From assembly GCA_031376265.1 (NCBI GenBank), contig JANMDK010000362.1:1-63937 (forward strand): 63,937 nt of DNA, written 5' to 3'. Source of the DNA: Pseudomonadota bacterium. GTDB lineage: Bacteria > Pseudomonadota > Gammaproteobacteria > Burkholderiales > SG8-39. The notes beneath the pieces are model-generated. The model searched no databases. It worked only from the letters and a program-made list of their open reading frames with translations, and was not told the origin of the DNA. The position numbers and the translations under genes were made by a program. Position 1 is the stretch's first letter. Every line of letters begins with the position of its first letter. Of this stretch, positions 1 through 13,533 are shown piece after piece.

Positions 1-393
1 CGCGCGATCCAGCCCGAGCTCATCGAAGAGTGCCTCGACGCGCGCACCGTCGAACCTTGTGCCAGCTAGGGAGAAAGTCAATGCCAGGAACTCCCGGCTG
101 GTCAGGTAGTGCGGGGGCACGAATCTTTCCGGTACAAATGCAATCCTTGCGCGCGCCGAGGTCCGGGTATGGGGCACGCCGAAAATCCGCAGGCTCCCGC
201 TGTCGACCACGCAGAAGTCGAGCATGCATTTGATCAGGGTCGTCTTGCCGGCCCCGTTGAGGCCGACGAGGCCGAACGCCTCGCCGCCGGTGACGTTAAG
301 GTCGATGCCGTGGAGCACTGGAACCTTGCCGTAGCTCTTGGATAGCCCGGAAGCAGACAGCGCAGGAGATCCCACGGATACGTTCGGCGACAT
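1..393 (-). CDS. ABC transporter ATP-binding protein, N-terminal part only (gene runs off left edge)
   Basis: Manual minus-strand translation from the ATG at 393-391 gives MSPNVSVGSPALSASGLSKSYGKVPVLHGIDLNVTGGEAFGLVGLNGAGKTTLIKCM..., with a Walker A motif. The frame has no stop down to position 1. It is absent from the ORF track because it has no stop inside the window. Confidence 0.8.
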   Translation of the reverse strand, partial: MSPNVSVGSPALSASGLSKSYGKVPVLHGIDLNVTGGEAFGLVGLNGAGKTTLIKCMLDFCVVDSGSLRIFGVPHTRTSARARIAFVPERFVPPHYLTSREFLALTFSLAGTRFDGARVEALFDELGLDRA

Positions 394-515
394 GCATCTA
401 ATATAGGGGAAAGACCTTTCAAATGCAGCGCTTGCCGACGATTCCTTGCAACGGCCGCGTTATGCGTTCTACCCGCGTCGAGTAAAATCGTCGTTTTGCC
501 TTCCCGGATCACCCG

Positions 516-1325
516 TTGGCTCAAGACATCATCGTCGAAATCGACGCCCTGACATTTGCTTACGATGCCCGCCCGATATTGAAGGGCGTGGACCTCGCTA
601 TCCGGCGCGGCCAGGTGGTGGCGATCATGGGCGGGTCCGGTTGTGGAAAGACCACCCTGCTGAGGATCATCGGCGGCGCGTTGCGGCCGACCGGGGGCTT
701 GGCGAGGGTGTTTGGACGCCTGGTGGATGCGCTCACGCGCGCTGAACTATTCGAGCAGCGCCGGCGTATGGGGATGTTGTTCCAGTTCGGCGCGCTTTTT
801 ACCGACATGTCGGTGTTCGACAACGTTGCTTTCCAAATGCGCGAGCATACGGACTTGCCTGAAGAACAGATCCGCGACCTTGTCTTGATGAAACTGGATG
901 CCGTGGGATTGCGTGGAGCCGCCGGGTTGATGCCGTCGGAACTTTCGGGGGGCATGGCTCGCCGCGTCGCATTGGCCCGCGCGGTGGCGCTTGACCCGAC
1001 GCTTATCATGTACGACGAGCCTTTCGCCGGACTGGATCCGATTTCCCTCGGTGTCATCGCTCGCCTGATCCGCAGGCTCAACGACTCCCTCGGCGCGACT
1101 TCGATAATCGTGACCCACGACGTCCAGGAAACGCTTCAAATTGTCGACTATGTCTATTTCGTCTCCGAAGGGCGGATCGTTGCGCATGGCACGCCCGACG
1201 AGGTCCGCCGATCCGAGGAACCGTTCGTCAGGCAGTTCGTCAACGGGGAGTTCGACGGGCCTGTCGCTTTCCACTATCAGGCCGGCGACTATGGCCGCGA
1301 CCTCGACGGATTGCGGGCGGCCTGA
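516..1325 (+). CDS. mlaF: Lipid-asymmetry ABC transporter ATP-binding protein MlaF
   Basis: 269 aa with a TTG start. Walker [12 protein letters not shown] signature LSGGMARRV, Walker B LIMYDEP. First gene of an mla-ordered cluster. Confidence 0.9.
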   Translation: MAQDIIVEIDALTFAYDARPILKGVDLAIRRGQVVAIMGGSGCGKTTLLRIIGGALRPTGGLARVFGRLVDALTRAELFEQRRRMGMLFQFGALFTDMSVFDNVAFQMREHTDLPEEQIRDLVLMKLDAVGLRGAAGLMPSELSGGMARRVALARAVALDPTLIMYDEPFAGLDPISLGVIARLIRRLNDSLGATSIIVTHDVQETLQIVDYVYFVSEGRIVAHGTPDEVRRSEEPFVRQFVNGEFDGPVAFHYQAGDYGRDLDGLRAA

Positions 1326-2125
1326 TGGACGACTTTAAGTCACTGCTACGCAGGCTCGGACGAACGGTGACCGACAAGCTGTGGCGGCTTGGATTCGCCA
1401 GCCGCTTTTTTGGCTACATGCTGCTTCATTCAGGCACAGCCTTTCGACGCTTCCGGCTCACCGTCAGGGAGATCTACTTCACCGGCGTGCTGTCTCTGAT
1501 CATCATTCTCGTGTCCGGGCTGTTCGTCGGGATGGTTCTCGGCCTCCAGGGGTACGACACGCTGCAGCGATACGGCTCTTCCGAGGCGCTCGGGGTGCTG
1601 GTTGCCCTTTCACTGGTGCGGGAACTTGGCCCGGTGGTAGCCGGGCTGCTCTTTGCGAGCCGGGCCGGTAGCGCAATAACGGCGGAAATCGGCCTGATGA
1701 AGGCGACCGAGCAGATCTCGGCAATGGAAATGATGGCCGTGGACCCGATCGCGCGGGTGGTCGCGCCAAGATTCTGGGCAGGGGTCATCTCGATGCCGCT
1801 CCTTGCCGCCCTTTTCTCGGCAGCCGGAATCTTCGGCGGCTACCTTGTCGGCGTACAGCTGATTGGGGTGGACCAAGGGGCTTTCTGGTCGCAGATGCAG
1901 GCTGCGGTCGACGTCCGGCAGGACATTCTCAACGGCGTCATCAAAAGCGTGGTGTTCGGCGTTGCAGTGACCTGGATCGCGGTATTCGAAGGATATGATG
2001 CCCCGCCGACCGCGGAGGGGGTTTCCAGGGCCACCACCAGGACCGTAGTCACTTCGTCACTGGCCATTCTCGCGCTGGATTTCGTGCTTACCGCGCTCAT
2101 GTTTACTGGAGGAAACGGAAAATGA
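1325..2125 (+). CDS. mlaE: MlaE permease
   Basis: 266-aa multi-TM protein. ATGA start/stop overlap with mlaF. Position matches the mla cluster order. Confidence 0.9.
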   Translation: MDDFKSLLRRLGRTVTDKLWRLGFASRFFGYMLLHSGTAFRRFRLTVREIYFTGVLSLIIILVSGLFVGMVLGLQGYDTLQRYGSSEALGVLVALSLVRELGPVVAGLLFASRAGSAITAEIGLMKATEQISAMEMMAVDPIARVVAPRFWAGVISMPLLAALFSAAGIFGGYLVGVQLIGVDQGAFWSQMQAAVDVRQDILNGVIKSVVFGVAVTWIAVFEGYDAPPTAEGVSRATTRTVVTSSLAILALDFVLTALMFTGGNGK

Positions 2126-2604
2126 ACCGCTCAGCGATCGATCTCTGGGTAGGGGTGCTCGTCGCAATGGGCCTGGCGGCCTTGTTGTTCCTGGCACTGA
2201 AGGTCGGAAACCTCGCCTCCATCTCTACCTCGGAGGTGTATCAGGTACAGGCCAAGTTTGCTAACATCGGGGGATTAAAGGTGCGCGCACCAATAAAAAG
2301 CGCGGGGGTCGTGGTCGGGCGGGTGTCGGATGTGCATTTCGACAATGAGAGTTATGAGGCGGTTGTCACGCTAAACATCGATGGCCGCTTCAAGTTCCCG
2401 CGGGATACCGCAGCCAAGATCCTCACCTCAGGCCTGCTCGGGGAGCAATATGTCGGCCTTGAGGCGGGCGGCGACACGGCAATGCTCAAGGGGGGCGATC
2501 GTGTCAGGCTCACGCAGTCGGCAGTGGTGCTCGAGAACCTGATCAGCCAATTCATGTTCAGCAAGGCGCAGGAAGGCGGAAAAGACAGCAAGGAATCCAA
2601 GTGA
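2122..2604 (+). CDS. mlaD: MlaD, MCE-domain periplasmic component
   Basis: 160 aa with an N-terminal TM anchor ([19 protein letters not shown]) followed by an MCE-like domain. Overlaps mlaE by 4 bp. Confidence 0.9.
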   Translation: MNRSAIDLWVGVLVAMGLAALLFLALKVGNLASISTSEVYQVQAKFANIGGLKVRAPIKSAGVVVGRVSDVHFDNESYEAVVTLNIDGRFKFPRDTAAKILTSGLLGEQYVGLEAGGDTAMLKGGDRVRLTQSAVVLENLISQFMFSKAQEGGKDSKESK

Positions 2605-3410
2605 CCGAGCAAAATACCCGAAGAATCGTCCAGGCACGGACCAGGTTGGCGCTGGCCGCAGTTGCATTCCTTTTCGCATCCGGCTGCGCGACGACCGGTG
2701 GCGACTCTCGCGACCCGTTCGAGGGTTTCAACCGGTCCATGTACGGGTTCAACCAGACGGTTGACGAGGCAGTCCTCAAGCCGGTCGCGACCGCCTACAA
2801 AAACACGCTGCCGGGGTTTGTTCAGACCGGGGTGCGCAATTTCTTTTCCAACATTGGCGATATTTTTATCTCGGTCAACAACCTGCTCCAGGGCAAGGTG
2901 ATTGAGGCGGCGAACGACGGAATGCGTTTCGCAGTCAACACGACTATCGGCGGGCTCGGCGTGCTCGACTGGGCGTCCGAGATGGGGCTGGAGAAGCACA
3001 ACGAGGATTTCGGGCAGACCTTTGGTCGCTGGGGTGTCGGCGACGGCCCGTACATTGTGTGGCCGCTTGTTGGATCTAGCACAGTTCGAGATTCTTTCGG
3101 CCAACTTATCGATTACGGCGTAGATCCAATCAGCCATCACCGCCCGATTGCGGCGCGCAATGTGATGCAGGTTACGCGCGCGGTCAGCAAGCGCGCGGAC
3201 CTTCTGGATGCCAGCCGCATTCTCGAGGAGGCCGCGCTGGACAAGTACGTGTTTGAGCGTGACGCCTATCTCCAGAGGCGTCGCAGCCTTGTCTACGACG
3301 GCAATCCGCCGCGAGAATCGTCGCGTTTTTCACCGCCGCGTGATGCAGAGCCGGTCGCATCCGTATCGGTGCAGGGAGACGGAGCAAAGACGCATGCTGC
3401 GGGCAAGTAG
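2601..3410 (+). CDS. mlaA: MlaA/VacJ family outer-membrane lipoprotein
   Basis: 269 aa with a GTG start overlapping the mlaD stop. Lipobox LFASGC. VacJ-like DPFEGFNRSMYGFN motif. Confidence 0.88.
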   Translation: MTEQNTRRIVQARTRLALAAVAFLFASGCATTGGDSRDPFEGFNRSMYGFNQTVDEAVLKPVATAYKNTLPGFVQTGVRNFFSNIGDIFISVNNLLQGKVIEAANDGMRFAVNTTIGGLGVLDWASEMGLEKHNEDFGQTFGRWGVGDGPYIVWPLVGSSTVRDSFGQLIDYGVDPISHHRPIAARNVMQVTRAVSKRADLLDASRILEEAALDKYVFERDAYLQRRRSLVYDGNPPRESSRFSPPRDAEPVASVSVQGDGAKTHAAGK

Positions 3411-4026
3411 GGCCCTGCTTGCAGCTGGGACTGCCTGCTTTTTCCTCGCCGCGCCGGGCCTCGCGCAAGAGGTCGCTCCGGATCTCCTGGTCAAGAATGT
3501 GACCCTCGAGGTCATCGACCTGATCGCGAAGGACAAAGACATCCAGTCCGGCAGCCAGCGGAAGCTCGTCGAGCTCGTAGAGGCAAAAGTCCTTCCGCAT
3601 TTCAACTTTGTCGCGATGACGCGGCTGGCCGTGGCGACGAACTGGGAAAAGGCCACCGCGGAGCAAAAGAAGCAGCTCACCGAAGAATTCAAGACATTGC
3701 TCGTAAGGACTTACTCGAGCGCTCTCTCCGCCTATCGGGACCAGAAATTCGACTATCGCCCCTTGCGTGCGAAACCCACGGACACGGACGTGACGGTGCA
3801 AGTCAGGATTTCCCAGGGTGGGCGGGAGCCGGTGATCCTCGAATACGACATGGAAAAGACGCCCTCGGGTTGGAAAGTCTATGACGTTCGCGTTGGCGGT
3901 GTAAGCCTGGTTGCCAACTACCGAACCGAGTTCGCCAACGAGATCCGTGCAAGCGGGGTCGACGGGCTCATCAAGGGCCTTGTGGCAAAGAATCGCGGTC
4001 CCACCCAGAGAGCCGAGCGAAAGTGA
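3394..4026 (+). CDS. mlaC: MlaC periplasmic lipid-binding protein
   Basis: The internal ATG at 3394 of ORF 3208..4026 yields the signal peptide MLRASRALLAAGTACFFLAAPGLA. The body is Tgt2/MlaC-like (VLPHFNFVAMTRLAV...). Confidence 0.85.
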   Translation: MLRASRALLAAGTACFFLAAPGLAQEVAPDLLVKNVTLEVIDLIAKDKDIQSGSQRKLVELVEAKVLPHFNFVAMTRLAVATNWEKATAEQKKQLTEEFKTLLVRTYSSALSAYRDQKFDYRPLRAKPTDTDVTVQVRISQGGREPVILEYDMEKTPSGWKVYDVRVGGVSLVANYRTEFANEIRASGVDGLIKGLVAKNRGPTQRAERK

Positions 4027-4313
4027 TCAGTCGCAACGGCGACCGGATGAATGTATCCGGGCCGGTGACGCTGCAGAATGTGACGAGTTTGCTGCAGGAG
4101 GGCCTGGCCTGCGTTCGCGACGGCGTAACTTTGGTCGATCTGGCGGAAGTTTCGGCCCTCGATTCCTCATTGCTTGCAGCACTCCTCGCGTGGGTGCGCG
4201 AGGCGCGTAGGCTCGAGAGGGACCTTGCAGTCGCGAATCTGCCTCGGGGATTGACAACACTGGCGCAGCTCTACGGCGTAGAGGAATTGCTGCCGGCGGC
4301 CAGCCTGCATTAG
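4023..4313 (+). CDS. mlaB: MlaB STAS-domain accessory protein
   Basis: 96-aa STAS-like protein. GTG start overlaps the mlaC stop. Last gene of the mla cluster. Confidence 0.75.
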   Translation: MISRNGDRMNVSGPVTLQNVTSLLQEGLACVRDGVTLVDLAEVSALDSSLLAALLAWVREARRLERDLAVANLPRGLTTLAQLYGVEELLPAASLH

Positions 4314-4353
4314 CGCCTTGGCCCCCGAGCGTGCGGGGCACGCTCATGTCCGC

Positions 4354-5253
4354 ATGTCCCCGGCAATTCGAATTTCGGAAATCCGCAAGCGCTATGGCGC
4401 GCTACAGGCCCTGGACGGCGTCAGCCTCGACATCCAAAAGGGCGAGATCTTCGGCCTCCTTGGTCCGAACGGCGCAGGAAAGACGACCCTGATCAGTATC
4501 ATCGCCGGCCTCGCCCGCGCCGACTCGGGTTCGGTGGAGGTGATGGGCGCAAACGTGGTTTCGGAGTATCGGAAGGCACGGCGCATGCTGGGAGTCGTAC
4601 CCCAGGAGTTGGTATTCGACCCATTTTTCTCGGTTCGCGAGACGCTGCGCATCCAGGCCGGCTATTTCGGGAACCCTCGAAACGACGCATGGATCGATGA
4701 GATCCTGCACAACCTCGGACTGACCGCCAAGGCGGACGCCAATATGCGCTCGCTTTCCGGAGGAATGAAGCGCCGGGTGCTTGTAGCCCAGGCACTTGTG
4801 CACAAGCCGCCAGTCATTGTGCTCGACGAACCCACCGCAGGTGTGGACGTCGAGTTGCGACAGGGCCTGTGGAAATTCATGCGCGCGCTCAACGAGCAGG
4901 GTCATACCATTGTTCTGACGACTCACTACCTTGAGGAGGCGGAAATGCTTTGCACCCGCATTGCAATGCTCAAGGCGGGCCGAATCGTTGCGCTCGATTC
5001 AACCCGGAACCTTCTGGAAAATTTTTCCGGGCTGTGCCTGAAACTACGAGTCGATGGAAGCGCATTGCCCGCAGGCGCCCCGTTCGAGGGCGCCGTCCTG
5101 GATGGCGAGCAGTTCATCCTTCGCCTCCAGGGGTACGAGGAGCTTGAGGCCGTGCTTGCCGCGCTGCGTCAGGCGGGAATCCCGATCCGGGAATTCGATC
5201 TGCAGCCGCCCGATCTCGAAGACGTGTTCCTGCGCATCATGAACCGGCATTGA
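4354..5253 (+). CDS. ABC-2 type exporter ATP-binding protein (YadG-like)
   Basis: Starts at the internal ATG 4354 (MSPAIRISEIRKRYG). Walker A GPNGAGKT, signature LSGGMKRRV, Walker B VIVLDEP. Confidence 0.88.
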   Translation: MSPAIRISEIRKRYGALQALDGVSLDIQKGEIFGLLGPNGAGKTTLISIIAGLARADSGSVEVMGANVVSEYRKARRMLGVVPQELVFDPFFSVRETLRIQAGYFGNPRNDAWIDEILHNLGLTAKADANMRSLSGGMKRRVLVAQALVHKPPVIVLDEPTAGVDVELRQGLWKFMRALNEQGHTIVLTTHYLEEAEMLCTRIAMLKAGRIVALDSTRNLLENFSGLCLKLRVDGSALPAGAPFEGAVLDGEQFILRLQGYEELEAVLAALRQAGIPIREFDLQPPDLEDVFLRIMNRH

Positions 5254-6008
5254 TGACCAGTTTTCTTACCTTGCTCCAAAAGGAACTGTCGCGCTTCTGG
5301 AAAGTCGCCTTCCAGACGGTAGCCGCACCAATCCTCACATCGCTCCTGTACCTGGTCATTTTTTCAAATGCCCTGGACGGCCACATTACCGTCTACAACG
5401 GCGTCGGCTACGCTGCCTTCCTGGTTCCCGGTTTGGTAATGATGAGCGTGCTCCAGAATGCTTTCGCCAACAGTTCCTCGAGCATCATTCAGTCAAAAGT
5501 TACAGGCAACATCGTATTCATGCTCCTCACACCAATCACGTACTTCGAATTTTTCTGCGCTTACGTCCTGGCGTCGATTGCTCGCGGGCTGACTGTAGGC
5601 GCAGGCGTTTTCATCGTGACCGTATGGTTTATCGACCTGCAGATCGCTGCGCCCATTTGGGCCGCAGTGTTCGCCCTGCTGGGAAGCGCGATCCTCGGCG
5701 CAATCGGTTTGCTGGCCGGGATCTGGGCGGAAAAATTCGATCATCTCGCCGCATTCCAGAATTTTGTAATCATTCCGCTGACATTCCTGTCGGGTGTTTT
5801 CTATTCGCTGCATTCCTTGCCGGCGGTGTGGCAGACGCTCTCGCGCTTCAACCCCTTCTTTTACATGATCGACGGATTCAGGTACGGATTCTTCGGCGTA
5901 TCCGACGCGCCGCCAGCGACAAGTCTTGCAGTGGTTTGTGCTGCATTTGCCGTGCTTTCGGCGGCAACGCTCCTCATGTTGAAGAGCGGGTATAAACTCA
6001 GGCACTAA
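5250..6008 (+). CDS. ABC-2 type exporter permease (YadH-like)
   Basis: 252-aa protein with about 6 TM segments. ATGA overlap with the preceding ATPase gene. Confidence 0.85.
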   Translation: MMTSFLTLLQKELSRFWKVAFQTVAAPILTSLLYLVIFSNALDGHITVYNGVGYAAFLVPGLVMMSVLQNAFANSSSSIIQSKVTGNIVFMLLTPITYFEFFCAYVLASIARGLTVGAGVFIVTVWFIDLQIAAPIWAAVFALLGSAILGAIGLLAGIWAEKFDHLAAFQNFVIIPLTFLSGVFYSLHSLPAVWQTLSRFNPFFYMIDGFRYGFFGVSDAPPATSLAVVCAAFAVLSAATLLMLKSGYKLRH

Positions 6009-6059
6009 TTCGCTCGGCGCCGGTCCAACCGAGTCTCCAGAAAACCGTAAGGGCATAGG

Positions 6060-7549
<1,490 letters not shown>

Positions 7550-7665
7550 CGCAACGCTTCGCCCGGAGCGGCGGTACACCGGGCATGAGGTAGAATTACG
7601 CCCCTTTCAAACGCCAAAGGCGTGAAGAATCAATCCCATGCGGTACTTTCTCAATCGGTCTGCCG

Positions 7666-8316
7666 ATGCGTGATTCGGTATCGATCGCCCTTTCGAAGGG
7701 CCGCATTTTCGACGAAACGGCCCCCCTGCTTGCGCGTGCCGGTTTGCGCCCCAAGGCGGACCCGGACTCACGCAAGCTCGTCATCGACACGAACCGCAGC
7801 GGGGTACGGCTGATCATCGTCCGTGCGTCCGACACGCCGACCTATGTGCAGCACGGTGCCGCCGACATCGGGATCGCAGGGCACGACGTGCTCCACGAGC
7901 ATGGCGGCGCGGGTCTCTACCAGCCCCTGGATCTCGGTATCGCCAAGTGCCGGATGATCGTGGCCGTTCGAAAGGGATTTGACTATGCGGACGCGGTCCG
8001 CACAGGTGCCCGGCTGCGTGTGGCGACGAAATATGTCCGAACCGCCCGCGAGCACTTCGCGCAAAAGGGCGTGCACGTCGACCTTATTCGCCTGTATGGA
8101 TCGATGGAACTCGCGCCGATTACAGGTCTCGCCGACGCAATCGTCGATCTTGTCAGTTCCGGAAACACGCTCAGGGCGAACGACCTGATCGCGGTCGAGG
8201 AGGTCATGCAGGTTTCGGCGCGGCTCATCGTCAACCAGGCTGCACTCAAGACCCGCCGCGCGCTCCTGCAGCCGATGATCGATGCGTTTTCGCGGGCCAC
8301 GGCGGTTGGGGCGTGA
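7666..8316 (+). CDS. hisG: ATP phosphoribosyltransferase, short form
   Basis: 216-aa HisG-like protein at the head of the his operon. Short-form length. Confidence 0.9.
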   Translation: MRDSVSIALSKGRIFDETAPLLARAGLRPKADPDSRKLVIDTNRSGVRLIIVRASDTPTYVQHGAADIGIAGHDVLHEHGGAGLYQPLDLGIAKCRMIVAVRKGFDYADAVRTGARLRVATKYVRTAREHFAQKGVHVDLIRLYGSMELAPITGLADAIVDLVSSGNTLRANDLIAVEEVMQVSARLIVNQAALKTRRALLQPMIDAFSRATAVGA

Positions 8317-9617
8317 AACCCGCGCTCATCAGCCGGTTCAGCACTGCGGACGCGGATTTCGGCTCGCGCATGAGTGCGCTTGCGGCAGTCGCGCCAGCCC
8401 AGGACGAAAAGGTCGAATCCGCGGTTCGCGGAATCATCGCTGACGTCCGGCTGCGAGGTGATGAGGCACTGTTGGAATACACGCGAAAGTTCGACCGGTC
8501 GGAAGCAAGATCGATGCAGGACCTCGAGATATCGCGCGAAGAAATGCGCGGGGCCCTCGAAGCGCTTCCCGCCGAGCAGAGCGAAGCCCTGCGAAGCGCG
8601 GCTGGACGGATCAGGGATTTCCACTCAAGGCAGGTCGCCGCCTCTTGGGAGCATGTCGAGAGCGATGGCACCCGCCTGGGCCAGCTGGTTTCACCGGTGG
8701 ATCGAGCGGGGCTGTATGTGCCGGGCGGGAAGGCCGCCTATCCTTCGTCGGTCCTGATGAACGCGATTCCTGCGAAAGTCGCCGGGGTGCAGGAACTGCT
8801 AATGATGAGCCCGACCCCGGGGGGCGAGCGGAACCCGCTTGTCCTCGCCGCTGCCGCCCTTGCGGGCGTGGACAGGGTGATCGCCTTGGGCGGTGCGCAG
8901 GCAATTGCCGCGCTGGCGTTTGGAACGTCGAGCATTCCGCGTGTCGACAAGATTGTCGGGCCGGGGAATGCGTACGTGGCTTCTGCGAAAAGGCAGGTGT
9001 TTGGCGTTGTCGGAATCGACATGATCGCCGGCCCTTCCGAAATTCTCATTATTTGTGATGGGGCCACGCCTGCGGACTGGGTTGCAATGGATCTCTTCTC
9101 GCAAGCCGAGCACGATGAAGACGCGCGTGCGATCCTGCTTTCACCCGACGCCGGGTATCTCGACGAAGTTGAAACCAGCATCCGGCGTCTCCTGAAGGGA
9201 ATGACCCGGCGCACGGTCATCGAGGCCGCCCTGGCAGGCCAGGGCGCGCTCATCCTAACTCGCGATCTCGAAGAGGCCTGCGAGATCGCAAATCGGATTG
9301 CGCCGGAGCATCTCGAGCTTTCCGTCGAGGATCCCGATGTGCTTTTGCCAAAGCTGCGACACGCCGGGGCGATTTTCCTCGGTCGTCATACTTCCGAGGC
9401 GCTCGGGGACTATTGCGCCGGCCCGAATCACGTCCTGCCCACGGCCGGCACAGCGCGCTTTTCATCGCCTTTGGGGGTCTATGACTTTCAGAAGCGGACG
9501 AGCCTCATAGGCGTTTCCCGCCGGGGTGCGAACTCCCTCGGTCGAATTGCCGAGCGACTTGCCATCGGCGAGGGGCTTCAGGCACACGCCCTCTCCGCGG
9601 CATACCGGTTCGAATAG
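8313..9617 (+). CDS. hisD: Histidinol dehydrogenase
   Basis: 434 aa with a GTG start overlapping the hisG stop. HisD-like motifs ([21 protein letters not shown]). Confidence 0.93.
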   Translation: MKPALISRFSTADADFGSRMSALAAVAPAQDEKVESAVRGIIADVRLRGDEALLEYTRKFDRSEARSMQDLEISREEMRGALEALPAEQSEALRSAAGRIRDFHSRQVAASWEHVESDGTRLGQLVSPVDRAGLYVPGGKAAYPSSVLMNAIPAKVAGVQELLMMSPTPGGERNPLVLAAAALAGVDRVIALGGAQAIAALAFGTSSIPRVDKIVGPGNAYVASAKRQVFGVVGIDMIAGPSEILIICDGATPADWVAMDLFSQAEHDEDARAILLSPDAGYLDEVETSIRRLLKGMTRRTVIEAALAGQGALILTRDLEEACEIANRIAPEHLELSVEDPDVLLPKLRHAGAIFLGRHTSEALGDYCAGPNHVLPTAGTARFSSPLGVYDFQKRTSLIGVSRRGANSLGRIAERLAIGEGLQAHALSAAYRFE

Positions 9618-9620
9618 GCC

Positions 9621-10688
9621 ATGGCAAAGACTCCCGACCAGCTTGTGCGTGACGAGATTCTCGCGATGCAGGCCTACCACGTGTCCGACTCCGCGGGCAT
9701 GGTGAAGCTCGACGCAATGGAAAATCCGTATCGACTGCCGGCGCGCATGAAAGCCGAACTCGGCGCATTGCTGGCCGAGGTGGAGATCAATCGGTACCCA
9801 GATCCCACCGGCCGCGAGCTGCGGGAAATGCTTCGCGAGAAGATGGGCGTTCCCACCGGCATGGACGTGCTGCTCGGGAACGGTTCGGACGACCTGATCC
9901 AGATGATCACGTTCGCGCTCGCGAGGCCCGGCGCCGTAGTGATGTATCCCGATCCTACGTTCGTCATGTACAAGCTGAACGCGATCCTCGCCGGCATCAA
10001 GCCGGTGGGCGTGAAAACCAACGCCGACTTCTCATTGGATCTCAATGCGTTTATCGAGGCGGTGAAGCAGCACAACCCCGCTCTCGTTTTTGTCGCCTAT
10101 CCCAACAACCCGACCGGCGCGTTGTTCAGGGAAGAAGACATCGTCGAGCTCATTCGCGCCACCAACGGGCTGGTCGTTCTCGATGAGGCGTACCATGTCT
10201 TCGCTCAAAAGAGCTTCATGCAGAGGCTCGCGGAGTTTCCGAACCTGGTGGTAATGCGAACGGTCTCGAAGCTGGGCTTGGCCGGAATCCGACTCGGCTA
10301 CCTGGCGGGCCCGCCGCAGTGGCTGCAGGAGTTCAACAAGGTGCGGCAAGCCTACAACGTGAATGTGCTTACGCAGGCCGCGGCAACGTTTGTCCTGGGA
10401 AATCTCGACGTGCTGGAGGCGCAGGCTTCGGCGATTCGCAACGATCGAAGCGCCTTGCGAGACGGTCTTGCCGCGCTTCCTGGCGTGACAGTCTATCCCT
10501 CCGCCGCGAATTTCTTCCTTACACGGGTGCCCGATGCGACCCGTTCGTTTGCTTCCCTGAAATCGCAGGGGGTCCTTGTGCGCAATTTCCACGGTGCGCA
10601 CCCGATGCTCGAGAATTGCCTGAGAATTACGGTCGGGACCCCCGACGAGAACCGGGTTCTGCTGTCCGCCATGCGCGAAGCGCTCTGA
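9621..10688 (+). CDS. hisC: Histidinol-phosphate aminotransferase
   Basis: 355-aa class-II aminotransferase with the PLP-lysine region [15 protein letters not shown]. Lies inside the his operon. Confidence 0.92.
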   Translation: MAKTPDQLVRDEILAMQAYHVSDSAGMVKLDAMENPYRLPARMKAELGALLAEVEINRYPDPTGRELREMLREKMGVPTGMDVLLGNGSDDLIQMITFALARPGAVVMYPDPTFVMYKLNAILAGIKPVGVKTNADFSLDLNAFIEAVKQHNPALVFVAYPNNPTGALFREEDIVELIRATNGLVVLDEAYHVFAQKSFMQRLAEFPNLVVMRTVSKLGLAGIRLGYLAGPPQWLQEFNKVRQAYNVNVLTQAAATFVLGNLDVLEAQASAIRNDRSALRDGLAALPGVTVYPSAANFFLTRVPDATRSFASLKSQGVLVRNFHGAHPMLENCLRITVGTPDENRVLLSAMREAL

Positions 10689-10696
10689 GGATTCCT

Positions 10697-11284
10697 ATGC
10701 GCAAGTCAGAAGTCACTCGCAACACAAAGGAAACGCAAATTCGCGTCTCCATCAATCTGGACGGGACCGGTGCTTCCCGCATGACGACCGGACTGCCGTT
10801 TCTCGAACACATGCTCGAGCAAGTATCCCGCCATGGGCTGCTCGATATCGAAATCGAAGCCAAGGGCGATCTGCATATCGACGCCCACCACACCGTTGAA
10901 GACATCGGGATCACTCTCGGGCAGGCTTTTGCAAAGGCGGTCGGGGACAAAACCGGGGTGCGCCGGTATGGTCACGCCTATGTCCCGCTGGACGAGGCCC
11001 TCTCCCGAGTGGTCGTTGACCTTTCAGGCCGGCCCGGCATGGAATACAACGTCAAGTACACGCGAGCGCTGATCGGCGAGTTCGACGTGGACCTGATGCG
11101 CGAATTTTTTCAGGGCTTCGTCAATCACGCGCAGGTAACGCTCCACATAGACAATCTGCGGGGAGACAATGCGCATCACCAATGCGAAACGATTTTCAAG
11201 GCTTTCGGACGGGCGCTGCGCATGGCATGCGAAGCCGACCCGCGAGCCTCTGGAGTAGTGCCCTCGACGAAGGGGTCGCTGTAA
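10697..11284 (+). CDS. hisB: Imidazoleglycerol-phosphate dehydratase
   Basis: The internal ATG at 10697 of ORF 10319..11284 gives [23 protein letters not shown].... 195 aa, IGPD signature. Confidence 0.92.
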   Translation: MRKSEVTRNTKETQIRVSINLDGTGASRMTTGLPFLEHMLEQVSRHGLLDIEIEAKGDLHIDAHHTVEDIGITLGQAFAKAVGDKTGVRRYGHAYVPLDEALSRVVVDLSGRPGMEYNVKYTRALIGEFDVDLMREFFQGFVNHAQVTLHIDNLRGDNAHHQCETIFKAFGRALRMACEADPRASGVVPSTKGSL

Positions 11285-11296
11285 GGCGCGCTGCCC

Positions 11297-11929
11297 ATGG
11301 AAATTGCGGTGGTGGATTACGGCATGGGAAACCTGCGCTCCGTTTCCAAGGCGATCGAGCATGTTGCAGCGGATGCCACGGTACGGATAACCGCGCGCCC
11401 GGAAGACCTTCGCAGGGCGGATCGCGTAGTCGTGCCTGGCCAGGGCGCGATGCCGGATTGCATGCGGCAATTGCGGGAACGCGGCCTTGCGGAAGCGGTC
11501 GTCGAGGCTGCGGGCGCCAAGCCGTTTCTCGGCATCTGCATTGGCCTGCAGATGTTGTTCGACCGCAGCGAGGAGGGCGGGGTGGACGGGCTCGCAGTGT
11601 TGCCCGGAACGGTGCGCCGTTTCCCTTCCGGAATGCTCGACCCGGCGGGGATTCCATTGAAGATCCCGCACATGGGCTGGAACGAAGTTGCCCAGTCCAG
11701 CGCCCATCCGATCTGGGCGGGAATCCCCGACTTGAGCCGCTTCTATTTCGTCCACAGCTACTACGCGGACACAGTCGGCTCGGCCTTCGAGAGCGGGGTT
11801 TGCACCTACGGCGTGCCCTTTACCGCCGCCATTGCCCGGGATAACATGATTGCCGTCCAGTTCCACCCGGAAAAAAGCCAGTCTGCCGGCCTCAAACTGT
11901 TGCGAAACTTCGTAAACTGGCACCCCTGA
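11297..11929 (+). CDS. hisH: Imidazole glycerol phosphate synthase, glutaminase subunit
   Basis: 210-aa class-I glutamine amidotransferase ([15 protein letters not shown]). Confidence 0.93.
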   Translation: MEIAVVDYGMGNLRSVSKAIEHVAADATVRITARPEDLRRADRVVVPGQGAMPDCMRQLRERGLAEAVVEAAGAKPFLGICIGLQMLFDRSEEGGVDGLAVLPGTVRRFPSGMLDPAGIPLKIPHMGWNEVAQSSAHPIWAGIPDLSRFYFVHSYYADTVGSAFESGVCTYGVPFTAAIARDNMIAVQFHPEKSQSAGLKLLRNFVNWHP

Positions 11930-12005
11930 TCCCGGTTCGTCGCACGGCCTCCTCAACCAACCCCCCAAATCGCCAGGCGCCCGCCTCCAGCGTGAACGCA
12001 ACGGC

Positions 12006-12752
12006 ATGTTGATCATTCCCGCAATTGATCTCAAGGACGGACGGTGCGTGCGTCTGCAGCAGGGGGTCATGGACTCCGCGACCGTGTTTTCGGAAGATCC
12101 CGTCGCGATGGCTAGGCAATGGGCTGCCGAGGGCGCGCGCCGGTTGCATATCGTCGATCTGAATGGCGCTGTCGCCGGCAAACCAAAGAATGAGAAGGTC
12201 ATACGGGAGATGATCACTGCGGTCGGCGATACGCTCCCGATCCAGCTCGGTGGCGGCATCCGCGATCTCGACACCATCGAGAGCTACATCGATGCCGGCG
12301 TAGGTTACGTCATCATCGGCACGGCCGCGGTGAAGAACCCCGGCTTCCTTCACGATGCATGCTATGCGTTTCCCGGCCACATCATCGTCGGCCTGGACGC
12401 CAAGGATGGCAAGGTCGCGGTTGAAGGATGGTCGAAGATGACCGGACATGACGTCGTCGATCTCGGCAAGAAATTCGAAGACTACGGCGTCGAGGCGCTT
12501 GTCTATACCGACATTGGCCGCGACGGAATGCTCACCGGCGTGAACATCGAAGCCACGCTCAAGCTGGCGCAGGCAATACGGATTCCGATCATCGCCTCCG
12601 GGGGGCTGAGCAGCGTCAAGGATGTCCAGGCCGTCTGCAAGCTCGTTCCCGAGGGCATCGTCGGCGCGATCGCCGGTCGCGCGCTCTATGAAGGCAAGCT
12701 GGATTTCAAGAAGGCCCAGGCCGCGGCGGACAAAGCCGTAGGCAAGGCCTGA
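12006..12752 (+). CDS. hisA: ProFAR isomerase
   Basis: 248 aa, starting [17 protein letters not shown]. HisA-type TIM barrel. Confidence 0.93.
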   Translation: MLIIPAIDLKDGRCVRLQQGVMDSATVFSEDPVAMARQWAAEGARRLHIVDLNGAVAGKPKNEKVIREMITAVGDTLPIQLGGGIRDLDTIESYIDAGVGYVIIGTAAVKNPGFLHDACYAFPGHIIVGLDAKDGKVAVEGWSKMTGHDVVDLGKKFEDYGVEALVYTDIGRDGMLTGVNIEATLKLAQAIRIPIIASGGLSSVKDVQAVCKLVPEGIVGAIAGRALYEGKLDFKKAQAAADKAVGKA

Positions 12753-12774
12753 GCAGCGAGCAAGGCGGACCAAG

Positions 12775-13533
12775 GTGAGCCTCGCGAAGCGGGTGATTCC
12801 TTGCCTGGACGTAACGGCAGGGCGCGTAGTGAAGGGCGTCAATTTCGTCCAACTCAGGGACGCCGGAGACCCGGTCGAGATTGCGGCTCGCTATGACGAG
12901 CAAGGAGCCGACGAACTGACTTTCCTGGACATCACGGCGAGCTCCGATGCGCGCGACATCATCCTGCATGTCATCGAGGCCGTAGCCGCCCGCGTCTTTA
13001 TTCCATTGACCGTAGGCGGCGGAGTGAGGAAGGCCGAGGATGTTCGAAGGCTGCTCAATGCCGGCGCCGACAAAGTATCGATCAATACCGCCGCCGTAGA
13101 GAACCCGGATCTGGTGTCAGAAGCCTCCGGCAAGGTCGGCAACCAATGCATCGTCGTCGCCATCGACGCGAAGAAGAACGGCCAGGGTTGGGAGGTATTC
13201 ACGCATGGAGGGCGGCGTGCAACGGGCCTGGATGCAATCGCTTGGGCGCGCCGAATGGAGGCTGCCGGCGCCGGCGAGATCCTGTTGACGAGCATGGACC
13301 GTGACGGCACGCGCAACGGTTTCGATCTTGAACTCACGCGGGCGGTTTCGGATGCGGTCAGCGTCCCCGTAGTCGCGTCCGGCGGGGTCGGCACCCTCGA
13401 ACACCTGGCCGAAGGCGTGCTGCTCGGGCGCGCGGACGCCGTGCTGGCCGCGTCAATCTTCCACTTCGGCGAGCACACAGTGCGGCAGGCGAAAGAACAT
13501 ATGCGCAGTCGCGGTGTCGAAGTCAGGCTATGA
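12775..13533 (+). CDS. hisF: Imidazole glycerol phosphate synthase, cyclase subunit
   Basis: 252 aa with a GTG start. [10 protein letters not shown]...[13 protein letters not shown] is typical HisF sequence. Confidence 0.93.
   Translation: MSLAKRVIPCLDVTAGRVVKGVNFVQLRDAGDPVEIAARYDEQGADELTFLDITASSDARDIILHVIEAVAARVFIPLTVGGGVRKAEDVRRLLNAGADKVSINTAAVENPDLVSEASGKVGNQCIVVAIDAKKNGQGWEVFTHGGRRATGLDAIAWARRMEAAGAGEILLTSMDRDGTRNGFDLELTRAVSDAVSVPVVASGGVGTLEHLAEGVLLGRADAVLAASIFHFGEHTVRQAKEHMRSRGVEVRL

Noticed and set aside
7550-7665. A possible his-operon leader peptide or attenuator upstream of hisG.
   Set aside because: There is no run of His codons and no alternative-hairpin architecture. Only a weak 5-bp stem (ACGCC-aaa-GGCGT) is present.
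11024-12277. A 417-aa minus-strand ORF, and similar long antisense ORFs: 2352-3140, 5493-6248, 6407-7297, 12891-13949, 16447-17550, 23164-24246 and 49574-50344.
   Set aside because: All lie antisense to, or out of frame with, well-supported genes (his, mla, murA, liv, petB, the ATPase). Their translations are Arg/Pro/Gly-rich and low in complexity, as expected for shadow ORFs in high-GC DNA.
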